Of a stretch of DNA of 64,000 bases, positions 1 to 13,076 are shown one piece after another. A model generated the notes under the pieces. The model was not told the DNA's origin. It made no database searches and was given only the letters and a program-made list of their open reading frames with translations. The stretch lies in the NCBI GenBank assembly GCA_951406725.2, contig OX597819.1, forward strand, positions 74,772,001-74,836,000, in the 5' to 3' direction. The translations under genes were made by a program, and so were the position numbers. Origin of the DNA: Octopus vulgaris (taxonomy: Eukaryota). Position 1 is the first letter of the stretch. Every line of letters starts with the position of its first letter.

Positions 1-1129
1 AAAACATCAAGAGAGGTGATACAAAAACGGACAACAAAACACCCAGACAAACGATACAAGGAAACAAGGACGGGTCATTCGGAGTTTTCTATCCTCAGTC
101 AAGTTCCTGATTATTTTTGCAATATAATATATAATCTTTGTGTATGTGTATGACACACTTACACACACATTTATATATTCACACATACAGAGAGAGGGGA
201 GCGAGAAAGAGAAAAAGAAAGAGATGTAAGATGAGGTGTTCTTGTTTCTAATTTGGGCAAAAGAACTTTTTGGGGTGAGATAGGGAAAAGGGATTTGTCG
301 ATTAAATGTGCTCTGGTACTTGATTGCTGTTTTATTTTATCGATTCTGTGAGATGGCAGGATAGGAATCATCTCAGTGGCATTTTGAAATGAGATCGAAG
401 AGAGAGAGAGAGAGAACAAGAAAAACGAAGGAGGAGAAGCAGGAGGAGTTAATTTAAGGTTGATGAGACGAAAGAGACGGAGTAAAGTTATGAGAGAGTA
501 AGAGAGAGAAGGGGAGGGAGGAATTAATGTTGATTAGTGAGTATTGTGGAGAGGGTGAGAGAGAGAGAGAGACTGTGCAATAGAGGAAGGGGAAGAGGTG
601 ATGCTTACAATTGATTGTTAATGGAGAGGGACTGTGTATGTGAGAGAGAGAGAGAGGGAAAGGGTAAAAGTGTCAAACATACGCAGAAAAGATAACCGTG
701 TGTGTGTGTGTGTGTGTGTGATATCAATAAACATGTAGATTTAGTTTATCTTTTTACTACAACATCGTAAATTAATTAAACTTTAAATCATGAAAAGAAA
801 ACCGCAGGACAAATTACGTTTTACCATGTTTGACGGCATAAGAGATGCCTGTAGTCGCACCCCTTATTTCAGCAGCTCATTTTGAGGAAAACAAGTTTTT
901 TAGTGCTTTAACACATGTAATATAGGTCCAAATTGGCATCTAGGATCCAAGGTGATTTTTTTAAAAAAACATTCTGGTGGGATAAAAAAAAATGTTTCAT
1001 ATATGGCATCAAATATTGTATTACTATACTGGAATTTGGATAGAGATGGATTTACTTGCAGTTCTAAGTATTATGTAAGTGCTTCGCTATCTTATTCAAA
1101 ATAGAAATTCTTGAAAACACACACACATA

Positions 1130-1330
1130 CTGACACTCCGTCTGTTACGATGACGACGGTCCCACTTGATCCGATCAACGGAACAGCCTGCTCATAAAAA
1201 TCAACGCGCAAGTGGCTGAGTACTCCATAGATATGTGTACCCTTAACGTAGTCCTCGGGGAGATTCAGCGTGACACAGAATGTGACAAAGCTGACCCTTT
1301 GAATTACAGGTATAACTCATTTTTTGCCAA
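1130..1330 (-). mobile_element. SINE family D, 3' part
   Basis: Reverse complement of the tail of the copy at 15617-15999 (gatcggatcaa...gtcgtcatcgtaac...ggagtg); another copy at ~43530-43800. Confidence 0.7.
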
Positions 1331-3563
1331 AGGTTTGCTAGTCCACACCCATCAGAAACGGATTATAGTTTTAGGATACAGAAAAAGAAAGAAAAAAAGA
1401 ACGAGACAAATGAAAAAAGCGCCCACCCTCATACTGTAAAATATCAGCAGTGATAAAGGGAGAGAGACATGATGGATAAAAAGTTATAAAAATAATTTAT
1501 CAAACAAACCTAACCCAGTTATCGATCGGGGATTGAAATGACTCGATCTAACATTCCCTCCTTTTTTACCTCTCATCGCGAAGAAAAGAAGCTCAAGTAG
1601 AATATCTTTGTGTTCTAAGACACAGTAATCCCTAAAGATCCCTTCAGATTTTCGCAACGTTAACATTCACTACTCAGGTGTGTAGACATGTTTAAACATA
1701 TACACCAAATATATACAATAGCCAACACGGATGTAATCAGCCCACACACACATACACACACACATTCGTTATCATCCCATATGCATCAGTATTTTCCACG
1801 AACTATACACACGTACTCAATCAAGATATGCACACACACACATTGAACATTACATATATATATATACTAAAATTGCATACACACCGAACTCATCAATACT
1901 ATACACCCTGTATTTACAATCCACCATCTATATTCTACATCATTTACACTCAGCAGTGTGTCTAATTTCATAGAGAATTTACTCAACACCTGAACATTAA
2001 AATGGCCAAAAGATTCATCATCGTCATCATTATTAAACTCACTCATCTTTTTTATGAAAGAATTCGATGAATGATAATATCGTTATATAAGTGTTTAACG
2101 AGAATATATTCAGAAAAGTTGTCGATAAATTTGAATAAAAATAAAATAACTTGAAATTCCAGATTATTTTTATTGAAATTCATCGACGATAAGTGAATTG
2201 TTTTTAGAAAAAAAGACAAACATAGAAGAAGAGAATTGAAGGAAACTTTAAATTATTCGCACCTAAACACACACACATTAATTAATTCTGGAATATTTAT
2301 TGAAATACCTAAGGGATGTGAGTTTTTAAAGTATATAAAGATCCAACTAAGAGGAGTTCTTCGCATTTTCGAAAAAAAAAAAGTTAATGAATTAGTCAGG
2401 TAAATTTGACATTTTGGTAGACGAAGGAACTACTTGAAAGATGTGCAGGAATACGGACATTGAGAGAGGGGGGGAACAGAAAGTAGATAATTGCAAGGAT
2501 AAAACAAAAGTTTTTGATTAAACACCAGTCATTATTATTATTATTATTAGTAGTAGTAGTAGTATTTGTATTGTCTTCATCATCCTAGTTTTATAACTGT
2601 TATTACTTTAATAGGACGCTTCCTGTGGTATTCAATAGCAGGAGACGAGAAGGTAGGTCTGGGTTTGTGGGTTGCGAGAGAGCAGCGAGCGATGTGTCAT
2701 ATTACACACAGAGAAAGAGCAGCGGAAATTCCGCGAGAGGAGAGAGCCGAGAGGTGGACAAACTGACCAGAGCAAACTATAGATGAATAGTTTTTTAATA
2801 TTGGTCGGACACGTAGTAAACACATTCCTAATTAGATATTCACGTAAAATGTAGCTGTAGTTTCATTTTTAGTTAAGGAATATCATGAATATAAGAAAAG
2901 AACTTAGTTGAGTTTCAAGTTAAATTCACACACACACACACACACACAGAGAAGGAGAGAGAGAGAGGGGAATAAATATTAGTTTTTGAAGTTGAATAAC
3001 TTTGATTTGGGATGGAGAGAACAAATATTACATATCGATGGCTAAAATAGATATTTCAATAAGATTTTTTAAAAAAACGGGACCTAATGAGGGAAGGAGA
3101 AAACATGATTTTTTTTAAAAGTTGAAAATAAAAAAAAAAAACTATGGATGTTGTTGAAAAACATATCGTAGATACAAGTTAGAGCGAACGGATAAAAGAT
3201 GCAACAGGTAGTTCATATAAATACACACACATACCATCACTGCCGTCATCGCCATCATCATTATAATTGCCTCTTAAATTAATTATTTAGTTGAGATGAT
3301 AACATTATCATTCCTATTATTGTTATTGATGTGTTTCTTCTAACTTTCAAGAAGGATGAAACGATTTTAAATGAGACGATGACGGCTGTTTTCCTCCCAT
3401 CCACATTTGATCCAACCCAACTCTTCCTCCTTCCGACAAAACAAGACAAGACATAACAACAACAACAAATTCATTTTAAAAAGAGAAAAACTCAATTATA
3501 TTTTTTGGGGGATGAAATTGATAATTATTACTGTTTTTTACTGTCAAATGATAACAGACTTAC

Positions 3564-3603
3564 CAAGAAGAGGCCGTGGATTGGACTGTTTTCGACGCGA
3601 CAT
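3564..3603 (-). CDS. ZFPM1: First coding exon (40 nt, phase 1) of a FOG/ZFPM/U-shaped-like zinc-finger co-repressor; encodes NuRD-binding motif MSRRKQSNPRPLL
   Basis: Minus strand reads ATG TCG CGT CGA AAA CAG TCC AAT CCA CGG CCT CTT CTT G|GTAAGT (donor 3563-3558). MSRRKQSNPR matches the FOG1 N-terminus; related motifs occur in SALL, BCL11 and ZNF423/521. A possible acceptor (tttcatttactctacAG, 3618-3617) would make the exon 3616-3564. The symbol is a best guess from 13 aa; the rest of the gene lies left of the window. Confidence 0.7.
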
Positions 3604-3769
3604 GATGATGGAGCACCTGTAGAGTAAATGAAATGATGAGCATGCGTAATAGAGGATGTTGGCGAGCCAGGTAACACCACTACCACCACCACTACATCTA
3701 GTGTTTATTGCAGCAGCTAACCTCCTGCCTGCTGCTGCTGCTGCTGTTGTTGCTATCACTTGCCTTCTT

Positions 3770-4700
3770 CTCCCACCAGTCTCTCTCTCTCTCTCTCTCT
3801 CACTCTTTATCTATCTATCTTTATCTCTGATTCTCTACTTCTTCCCCTCCCTCTTTTCCTCAACCTGTATCTATCATTTTCTAATATATCGCAGTACAGC
3901 TTGTTGCACTTCATTCTGTTCCACCACCACCACCACCACTACTACTTTTCTTCTTTTTCTTCTTCGTTTCATTTCTTTTTCTTATCCAACTGTCTTCTTT
4001 CTTTTCTTCTTTATCATTCGCTTCACGTTAACCCCAACCCCATCCTTCTCCACCACCCTCTCCGCGCCCTTATTACTTGCTTCCCTCCTCCTCCTCCTCT
4101 TGCATATTGTCATTTACCAAGTCGTCATCACTCATCACAGGTTTCTCCCTCTTTCTCTCTCTCTCTCTGTCTTACTCTTTTTCATTCCCCTCACTTTATT
4201 CTCTTTCTTTTCTTTCTCTCTTTATATTCTTCTTCTCTTTCTTTTTCTTTGTTTTCTTCCCTCCTCCTTTTTCTTGGTTCCCGTCTTCGTTTTTCTTCAC
4301 ATCAACACACCCTGTCCCTCCCTCTCTCTCTTTTCCCCAACATCCGTCTTCTTCACCACCACAACCACTACCAGAACACCTCTATAGTTTTTCTTCTCTC
4401 CCTTTCCCTCCACCTCTCTCGCTCTCTCCTCCCACCTCGACTCTATCGTCTGCTGTTGTTGGTGTTTGTTGTTTCTTTTTCTTGTCTTTTCCTCTCAGCC
4501 TGTTTCTTCTTTCGCTTTCCTCCTCCTCCTCTCTCTCCCTCCACCTCACATTATCTACCTCCTCCTTCACCTCTTCCTCATCGTCCTCTTTCATTATCCA
4601 CCATCTTGGCCATCGACACTATGAGTCTATAAATTTCTCCATTCCCTTCTCCCCATCCCGCCCTCTCTCTCTTTCCCGCGCGCGCTCCACCCTTGCCCCT
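3770..4700. repeat. ~0.9-kb polypyrimidine (CT/CTT/CCT-rich) low-complexity tract
   Basis: Almost no G on the + strand; explains the overlapping Leu/Ser/Phe ORFs at 3656-4895. Confidence 0.85.
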
Positions 4701-5160
4701 CACCTCTCGCTCACACACTCTTCTTATCTAATATGTCCTTATGATAACGACAACAACAACATCAACAACTACTACACGGTCTTACTACACACTTCAGCAT
4801 CCCATAGCCACCAGCTAATGTTTTGTTGTGAGGCAATTGCCAGGCACTTGCGAGGCGACAGCAATGGAGAGCGGGGACGTCGAGAAAGGTCATAACGAAT
4901 GATGTTAGTCTTAAGACTTACAGACGGAGAGAGGAGGTGTCGCAGGCGGGGGAGGAGGAGGAAGAGAAGAGACAAAGATAGGCAGACGGAGATTAAACGT
5001 GATGTAGAGATGAGGGGTGGGGTGAGTCGTCATGCTTCACTTCAAATGTTTAAAAGGAAGAGAACAAGTTTTCGTTCGGAGAATCGAAACCGGGTCGCCA
5101 TCTTACCGATAATCAGACCAGAACAGAAAGGAACCACATACAGAGGGTGGGAAGGAGCCT
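4650..5160 (-). promoter_or_regulatory. Putative promoter / 5' leader of the MSRRKQ gene
   Basis: Non-repetitive, locally CpG-enriched block (cccgcgcgcgctcc, gcggggacgtcgag, cgcaggcggggg) 1-1.5 kb upstream of the ATG. YY1-like CGCCATCTT at ~5096-5104; candidate minus-strand donors GTAAGT (4921-4916) and GTAAGA (5106-5101). Confidence 0.4.
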
Positions 5161-5220
5161 CTTTGGCAAAGAATTATGTTTTTATCTTATTTTTTTTTCA
5201 TATAAGCGTATCTGTAAGTA

Positions 5221-5299
<79 letters not shown>

Positions 5300-5338
5300 C
5301 ATACAGATCAGATACATACGGACCTACACACGTATATT

Positions 5339-5386
<48 letters not shown>

Positions 5387-5423
5387 TAGATAGATATACG
5401 AGAAGATTTTTCGGTTTTAATAC

Positions 5424-5476
<53 letters not shown>

Positions 5477-5581
5477 ATATACATATTTATATGCATGCAT
5501 ATATACGTACGTACATACATACATAAGTACATTCATACATACATGCCTTTTATATATATATATATGTATATACATACACTA

Positions 5582-5797
5582 AGGCGACGGGCTGGCAGAA
5601 ACGTTAGCACGCCAGCTGAAATGCTTAGCAGTATTTCGTCTGTCTTTACATTCTGAGTTCAGATTCTGCCGCAGTCGACTTTGCCTGTCATCCCTTTGGG
5701 GTCGATAAATTAAGTACCAGTTACACACTGGATCGATCTTACTGACTAACCCCCTCCCCCCAAAATTTCGGGTCTTATGCCTAGAGTAGAAAAGAAT
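5582..5797 (+). mobile_element. tRNA-derived SINE family B
   Basis: Head ggcgacgggctggcagaaacgttagcac...ctgagttcagattc, body gtcgataaattaagtaccag; more than 10 related copies in the window. Confidence 0.8.
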
Positions 5798-6654
5798 ATA
5801 TATATGTATACCGGTATATTTTTTTGACTGCGGCCATGCTGGGGCATCACATAGAACAGTTTGTGATGCGGGTGAGGTTTATTTCATTTCACATCTGGTC
5901 TGAACCTGTCACTAATGGATGCAAGATTTACATTCTGCATCAAGCCTGGTCCCTTATTACATAGTATTAGCGCTATGATGTAAAATGATGTGCTTTCAAC
6001 TACATGCCCCAACTTGAGCCACAGACTGGTTAACCCAGAGCTTCCCTTTAGTTTTCGCAGGTCGCGGTCTCAAAGCGACGGAAACATTTTGACAAATTAA
6101 ATTTCAATGTTGAAGTGAATCTAACAGATTTTGTGTGTTTCTTAAATGGCTTATAAACACCTTCCATGCTGCAATCTGGGAATAATATTTCGTTAATTGG
6201 CAGCATGAAGCTAGGGAACAGATGAAGATGCTGGAACTATATTCTTAAAGGAAATGGAATCGTTCAATTCTGATGCCAAACCTGTTGGTTTCTTATTAGC
6301 AATGCCTCTAGATTAAAGGAAAATAAATAAATAAATAAATAAAGAGTAGAAAGAAAATAAAATTGTGAGCAATTTTTATGCCTTTTTCTGAAAGTCTTAT
6401 CCATAATTAATAAAACCAGAACATATCAAAGACGTTTTTGCCACTGAATTAATGCAATTATTGAAAAAAACAGAAAGTTTGTTTCCCAACCACATGGTTC
6501 CAGGTTCAGTCCACTGCATGGTACCTTGGGCAAGTGTCTCTCATTATAGCCTCCAGCTAAACGAAAGAAAGGGTAAAGAGCACTCAACACTTTTGCTGTG
6601 AGTTCCATGTATTATTCAAAATAGTTTAAGCCTATTTTCCCCTACATCATCCTG

Positions 6655-6946
6655 TGGTGCACTTGGTCACATCATCAGTAATGTTTCCTGAGGGTCATTA
6701 GGCATTTCGTGCCTTTCAACCTCAGATATTCTCACCTCAGATTATCCAACCAGGGTCGATCAAGCCCCAGTTTATGCCCAGTTAACACTGACCATTCCAG
6801 GGCTCACACCTCCTCATCCACAGTCACCTTCAGGCAACCGCTGCTTTCTCCACACTCAACATGATGGCCTTCTGTTTTCAGGTCGCTCTAATGTCCAACA
6901 TGTTGTAAGTTCTATAAAGGAACTGGTTTGCAAACCCTTTGCAACC
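6655..6946 (-). mobile_element. 3' fragment of an RLE-type non-LTR retrotransposon (HERO-like)
   Basis: Minus frame GCKGFANQFLYRTYNMLDIRAT*KQKAI...EKAAVA*R*LWMRRCEPW resembles the HERO C-terminus (GCRGF...ASRWLW); followed by a 3' UTR ending ctgatgatgtgacc. Confidence 0.55.
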
Positions 6947-7898
6947 CGATCGCACTTCGCTTACCACCTGTTGCTCCACCACTTCCCTATATTCCCTTCT
7001 CTTACTCTGCTTTACTTCCTGATTCTCAAGTTGAAATATTAACATATACATTGAAAATAATTTGTTGCCTTAAAAGGAAGTTGGTGAAAGGCAGCAAGCT
7101 GCCAAAAACATGGACACGCTGGATCGACTTTACTTTCATCTTTTTGGGGGTCGATAAATTAAGTACCAGTTGCGTACTGGGGTCAATCTAATTGACTGGC
7201 CCCTACCCCAAAAATTTCAGGCCTTGTAGAAAAGAAAAGGAAGTTGGGTAGTTTTAATTAAAATTTCTGAAAATGTTGAGATTTACAGACGTAAGTGGAG
7301 GAGGAGATAAATGGTTAATCCCCAGGAGCTGGAATGGGCGGAGGTCGGAGAAACATCAGATCAAGCAGTTTGGATGGATTTAGGTCTGTTGACCATTAAT
7401 AACATCTTGTCGCATAGTAACGGCAAGGTGAGAGTAAAACAGCAGCAGCAGCAGCAGTGACTCGGTGTTTGAGGGGGTGGAGTAAAGACGACAATTATAT
7501 CAAATGAAAGAAAAAATAAGACGAAGAAGAAAAAGGAAAGAGAGAGAGAGAGATCATGAGCAGAGAGAGAAATAAATGGCGGAAAGTGGATATCACTGAG
7601 TGTGGGTTTTTTTGTTATCTTGATTGGATAAACAGAAATATCAACATCATCATCATCGTCATCATCATCATCATAGCTGTCGCTGTTATCGATATTTCAA
7701 TATTTGCTTGTCAAAATGACGAAACAAGTTTACTTTCTTGGTTTCCTTTTTTTTTTTATACAAACATACAGACATAAAATTTTTTTTTATGCAGGCATTT
7801 ATATGTATATATACATGTATGTATGTATGTATGTATCTATGTATGAATGTACCTATGTATGTATGTGCATATGTACATATGCATGCATTTAAATATGC

Positions 7899-7946
<48 letters not shown>

Positions 7947-7947
<1 letters not shown>

Positions 7948-8140
7948 ATAGGACAATCAGTAAGTTGTCATAAAAAATACTCCAATAATGGAGCTGAGAG
8001 CTTCTAGACATTTTTCGTCAGTTATTAAAGACAAGAAACGCTTTTCTTGTCTTTATAACTGATGAAAAATGTCTAGAAGCTCTCAGCTCCAGTACTGGAA
8101 ACTCTGAGTATTATTATGACAACTTACTGATTTTCCTATA
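7947..8140. repeat. Near-perfect ~190-bp hairpin containing a hammerhead-like core
   Basis: 7947-7982 pairs with 8106-8140; 7989-8038 pairs with 8043-8091 around a 4-nt loop. Confidence 0.9.
8055..8114 (+). ncRNA. Minimal type I hammerhead-like motif (probably PLE-derived)
   Basis: ataa-CTGATGA-...-GAAA-ctc t gag-TA-ttat: stem I ataa/ttat, stem III ctc/gag, GUA triplet; stem II is disrupted. Confidence 0.45.
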
Positions 8141-8158
8141 ATATATATATACATACAT

Positions 8159-8216
<58 letters not shown>

Positions 8217-8613
8217 AATAGAGAGATAAATTCCTCTATCGAGGTCTCATTCATCCTTTTGTTGTCATATTATTACTATTACTATATATATATATATATA
8301 TACATATATATACAGGCATGCTTATATGCAAATGTACATACACCCATTGATTTGCCCACCCATTATACACATATATGTGTGTGAATGACAACCACATTTA
8401 TAAATGCATGTTTTATGTAATAATTTTTTTAAAGAAGCAAATAAACAAGACCAACAACTACAAAAGAAGAAAAAAACACCAACTAGGAAGAATATAAAAC
8501 TACTGAATAGACATGTATGTGGGGGGGGGGGGGTAGATAGACACACAGACTGATAGAGAGATTGATAGATAGAGAGAGCGGGAATGTATGGATGGAAAGG
8601 CAGACAGACAGAT

Positions 8614-9045
<432 letters not shown>

Positions 9046-9419
9046 TATACTGATAGATTGGTGTATATTTGTATGTATGTATCATATTTAATAGCACAGA
9101 GTTAACATTAAAAAGTTTAAACTGTGAGAAAGAGAGAGTAAAGGAGTGTAAAGGAAGAGAAAGAGAGAGAAAAGGAGAGTGGCATGGCTATTGTCAAAAA
9201 CTTTATGATGTTTCCCTAAAAACCAATAAATCATTTTAAAGAAGAAGAAGAAGAAGAAGAAGAAGAAGCTCTTCCTTCTTATATGTTTGTGAAAATTTGT
9301 TTCAAATTTTTAAGGAAGTAATGGAAAAATACAGGATTTCTGTAATTTTTTTAGTGTTTTGGGTTAAAAAATCTATCGAAACTAGCAAATGTCAATCTGC
9401 ATCTGTATATTATTTTCTT

Positions 9420-9779
9420 CTTGTATTTGTTTCAGTCATTTTGACTGCGGCCATGCTGCAGCATCGCTTTTTAGTCGAACAAGTCGACCCCCAGGACTTA
9501 TTCTTTGTAAGCCTAGTACTTATTCTATTGGTCTCTTTTGCCGAACTGCTAAGTTATGAGGACATAAACACACCAACATCGGTTGTCAAGCGAAATTGGG
9601 GGGACAAACACAAACACACACATATATATATATATATATACATATACAACAGGCTTCTTTCAGTTTCCATCTATCAAATCCACTCACAAGGCTTTGGTTA
9701 GTCTGTGGCTATAGTAGAAGACACTTGCCCAAGTTGCCACGCAGTGGGACTAAACCCAGAACCATGTGGTTGGTAAGCA
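9420..9779 (-). mobile_element. tRNA-derived SINE family A (octopus-type)
   Basis: Reverse complement of the copies at 17402 and 19358, with internal (TA)n/(TG)n. Confidence 0.85.
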
Positions 9780-10099
9780 TATATATATACATCTTTTACT
9801 TGTTTATCATTAGACCATGGCCATGCTGGAGCACCACCTTGAAGAATTTTACTCGAATGAATAAATCCCTGACAAAATCGAATTTCCAGATTAGAAGCTT
9901 TAACTTAGGAAGCTACATTTTTTTTTTTTTTTCTTAGTTTGAATCTGTCAGAAATTTGAAAATACTAGACATAAATTTTATAAATTACAAAATCTAAATA
10001 TCCCCACTACCACACCTGAAATGTACCTGTTATAAGTCTCTATCTCAATTTGACAGTGCATGAAGGTATTTAGAAAGACCAAGCTTATTTCTGCAAATG

Positions 10100-10499
10100 T
10101 GCTAAGCAGTGATGATGATCATAGGTTAATCAATAGGCTTAGGAGCAAAATAAATGCAGTAAAAATAGGTGGGATGGTCAGCGGGACCCCATTTGAGCAG
10201 CCCTTCAGAAATTGAACTTCCTTATGATACACCTTTGAAGTTCATGGTATGAAATTCATTGTCATTGTTCCAATTTGGTCGCCAATGCCATGTATTTAGT
10301 CTAAAATGCAGTAAAAATAGGGGGTCAATGGGTCCCCAATTAGACGGCCCTTAAAAAAAATAGACCCCTCTTAAGACATTCCCTGGGATTAGAGGAGTTG
10401 CTGGCTTGAGTTTCATTGTCCCTGCACCACAGTCTAGAAGGAGTTAACGAACATAATAACATAACAGACAGAGAAACATCACTGAAATTTATAATGGGA
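10100..10499 (-). mobile_element. Probable Helitron-like 5' fragment
   Basis: Minus strand starts A|TCccattataaa...tgtctgtt...taactcct, like the 5' end at 11279. Internal diverged duplication (aaatgcagtaaaaatagg at ~10152 and ~10304). No convincing 3' end; left boundary approximate. Confidence 0.4.
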
Positions 10500-10508
10500 T
10501 AAAACTTA

Positions 10509-10900
10509 CTCTTTTACTCTTTTACTTGTTTCATTTGAGTGCGGCCATGCCTTTAATCGAGCAACTCGACCCCAGGACTTATTCTTTTGTAAGCCCAGTA
10601 CTTATTCTATCGGTCTCTTTTTGCCGAACCGCTAAGTAACGGAGACATAAACACACCAGCATCGGTTGTCAAGCAATGCTAGGGGGACAAACACAGACAC
10701 ACAAACATACACACGCATATATATATATATATACATATATACGATGGGATTCTTTCAGTTTCCGTCTACCAAATCCACTCACAAGGCTTTGGTCGGCTTG
10801 AGGCTATAGTAGAAGACACTTGCCCAAGGTGCCATGCAGTGGGACTGAACCCAGAACCATGTGGTTGGTAAACAAGCTACTTACCACACAGTCACTCCTG
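10509..10900 (-). mobile_element. SINE family A, full length
   Basis: Both head (ggagtgactgtgtggtaag) and tail (gtaaaagag)n are present. Confidence 0.9.
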
Positions 10901-11278
10901 TAGATATTTTTATAATTCAAATTGAGTTATAAAGAAATCGTTCAGTTAAGGACCTCTTAACATATATGCATGCATGCATTCATACATACACACATACGTA
11001 CACACACATACATACATATGTACGTACGTACATACATACATACGTACGTACATACATACATACATACGTACACAAACATACATGCATGTATACATATATA
11101 TATATATATATATATACATACATGCATACATACGTACACACATACATGCATACATGTGTAGATATATACACATATACATACACACACATGCATGCATACA
11201 CACACACATATACATATACACACACACATATACATACGCACACACATGCATGCATACATGCATACGTACATACATACA

Positions 11279-12546
11279 TCTATATACATAAATGTGTAAT
11301 GGTGTCTGTCTGTGTGTTTTGTGTTACTCTAACTCCTCCCACACCATCCAACCGATTTTAATGATTTTGGTTACATTGGTAGATCACATGCCCTGAAGTT
11401 CAAATAAGACCGGAATTTTTCGAAAACTCGATAATGCTCAGTTGGCATCGATTTTTGTGAGCTCAATCGGGCGTTTGAATGGAAATTCCCATAATGGTGT
11501 TATTTTTCCTGCAGCTTTTGCATTTTTTGTCCGATTTTGATGAAAATCGATGAGTGGGGGAGGCTCATGGCAGTGAGTCGGTGTCAGTATATGGCGTTGA
11601 CAAAAAAAATTGATAATTGCACCTGAGCAGTGGTTTTATAAAATCAATAGGCCTTTTGCATGCAAATACCCATAGGGATTTTATTTTTGGCTGTAATTTT
11701 TATATTTTTTATTCGATTTTAATAAAATTTGAGTTGTAGGTAAATTTTGTGGTGCGGGAGACGGTAAAGGTGTTTATTTGATCCAAAGGGGCTTGAAAAG
11801 AGCACAAATGCAAATAAGTATTTCCTTAGGGACATTCATATCGATTTTGTAGAAATTTTACGCGTAATTACAGTTCATGTCCATTAGTTGATGCCAGCAT
11901 GAAATCAATAAGCTTTTTGTGTGCAATTACCCATAGGATTAATATTTTATGCTGTAACTTTTAGAGAATTCATCCGATTTTGATGAAATTTGACATTTAG
12001 GTAAAGTTTATAGCCAGAGTCATATAGTAGAATTTGAATTAAACTGGTGAAAGGCTGAAATCATCAAAATTCACTCACAATAAAATAATGAACTGATTTT
12101 GAAGAAAATTGACCCTTGAGTAAAATTAAGCACTTCGACGTGTTAAACATCAATTATTAATATAATGTATTGGGATTTAAAAGTCAATGGGATATTTTCA
12201 TGTAAATGGTCACATGGATTCTATTTTATGACATAACCTTTTCTTTAGATTTTGCTAAGATTGGGCATGCTGATCAATTTTGTATAGAGGGTGGCATTAA
12301 GGAGAGAGAAATAAACATACTTCACTCTCAACGGGTCAAGGTACACCCGAAAGTTTGACTGCGATTTCAGACGGTCCAATATGTAAGAGTATGTCAAGAG
12401 CATTAACCGGGTAAAATCCCTGCCGAACCACATATAACATCTTAATGTGTAACAGTTGGCACGGGGAATGTAGATTTCAATACAAGGTCAGAGGTGGGCT
12501 TAACTTCAACACAGAAAACACGAGCAACGCCAGGTCCAACAGCTAG
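11279..12546 (+). mobile_element. Non-autonomous Helitron
   Basis: Inserted between A(11278) and T(12547); starts TC, ends CTAG (12543-12546). Degenerate subterminal hairpin acacgagcaacgccaggt, no TSD, about six internal ccgattttgatgaaa-type repeats. Confidence 0.75.
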
Positions 12547-12682
12547 TACATACATACGTACGTACATACATAGATACATATGTACATACATACATACATA
12601 CATACATACGTACGTACATACATACATACATATACGCATATGTACATACATGCACACGTATGCACATACATTCATACGTACA

Positions 12683-12713
<31 letters not shown>

Positions 12714-13076
12714 GTACATACATACGTACATACATAGATACATACATACGTACATACATATATACATACATACGTACGTATATACACGTATACATATACA
12801 TACGTACATACATATGTACATACATACGTACGTACATACATAATACATACATGCATACATACATACATACATACATACATAGTACGTACATACATTCATA
12901 CATATGTACATACATACATACATACATAGATACGAACATCCATCCATCCATACATACATACGTATGTACGTACGTACATACATACATACATAATACATAC
13001 ATACATACATACATACATACATACATACATACATACATACATACATACATACATACATACATACATACATACATAC
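12547..13076. repeat. (TACA)n compound microsatellite; continues at 10963-11278 on the other side of the Helitron
   Basis: Direct reading; source of the MYVC/HTYI ORFs. Confidence 0.95.

Noticed and set aside
3656-4895. Three overlapping 243-290 aa ORFs
   Set aside because: Produced by a stop-poor polypyrimidine tract; low complexity with no domain.
680-5120. GATA-site cluster implying GATA-FOG feedback regulation
   Set aside because: WGATAR is expected often in such AT-rich DNA; enrichment cannot be shown by eye.
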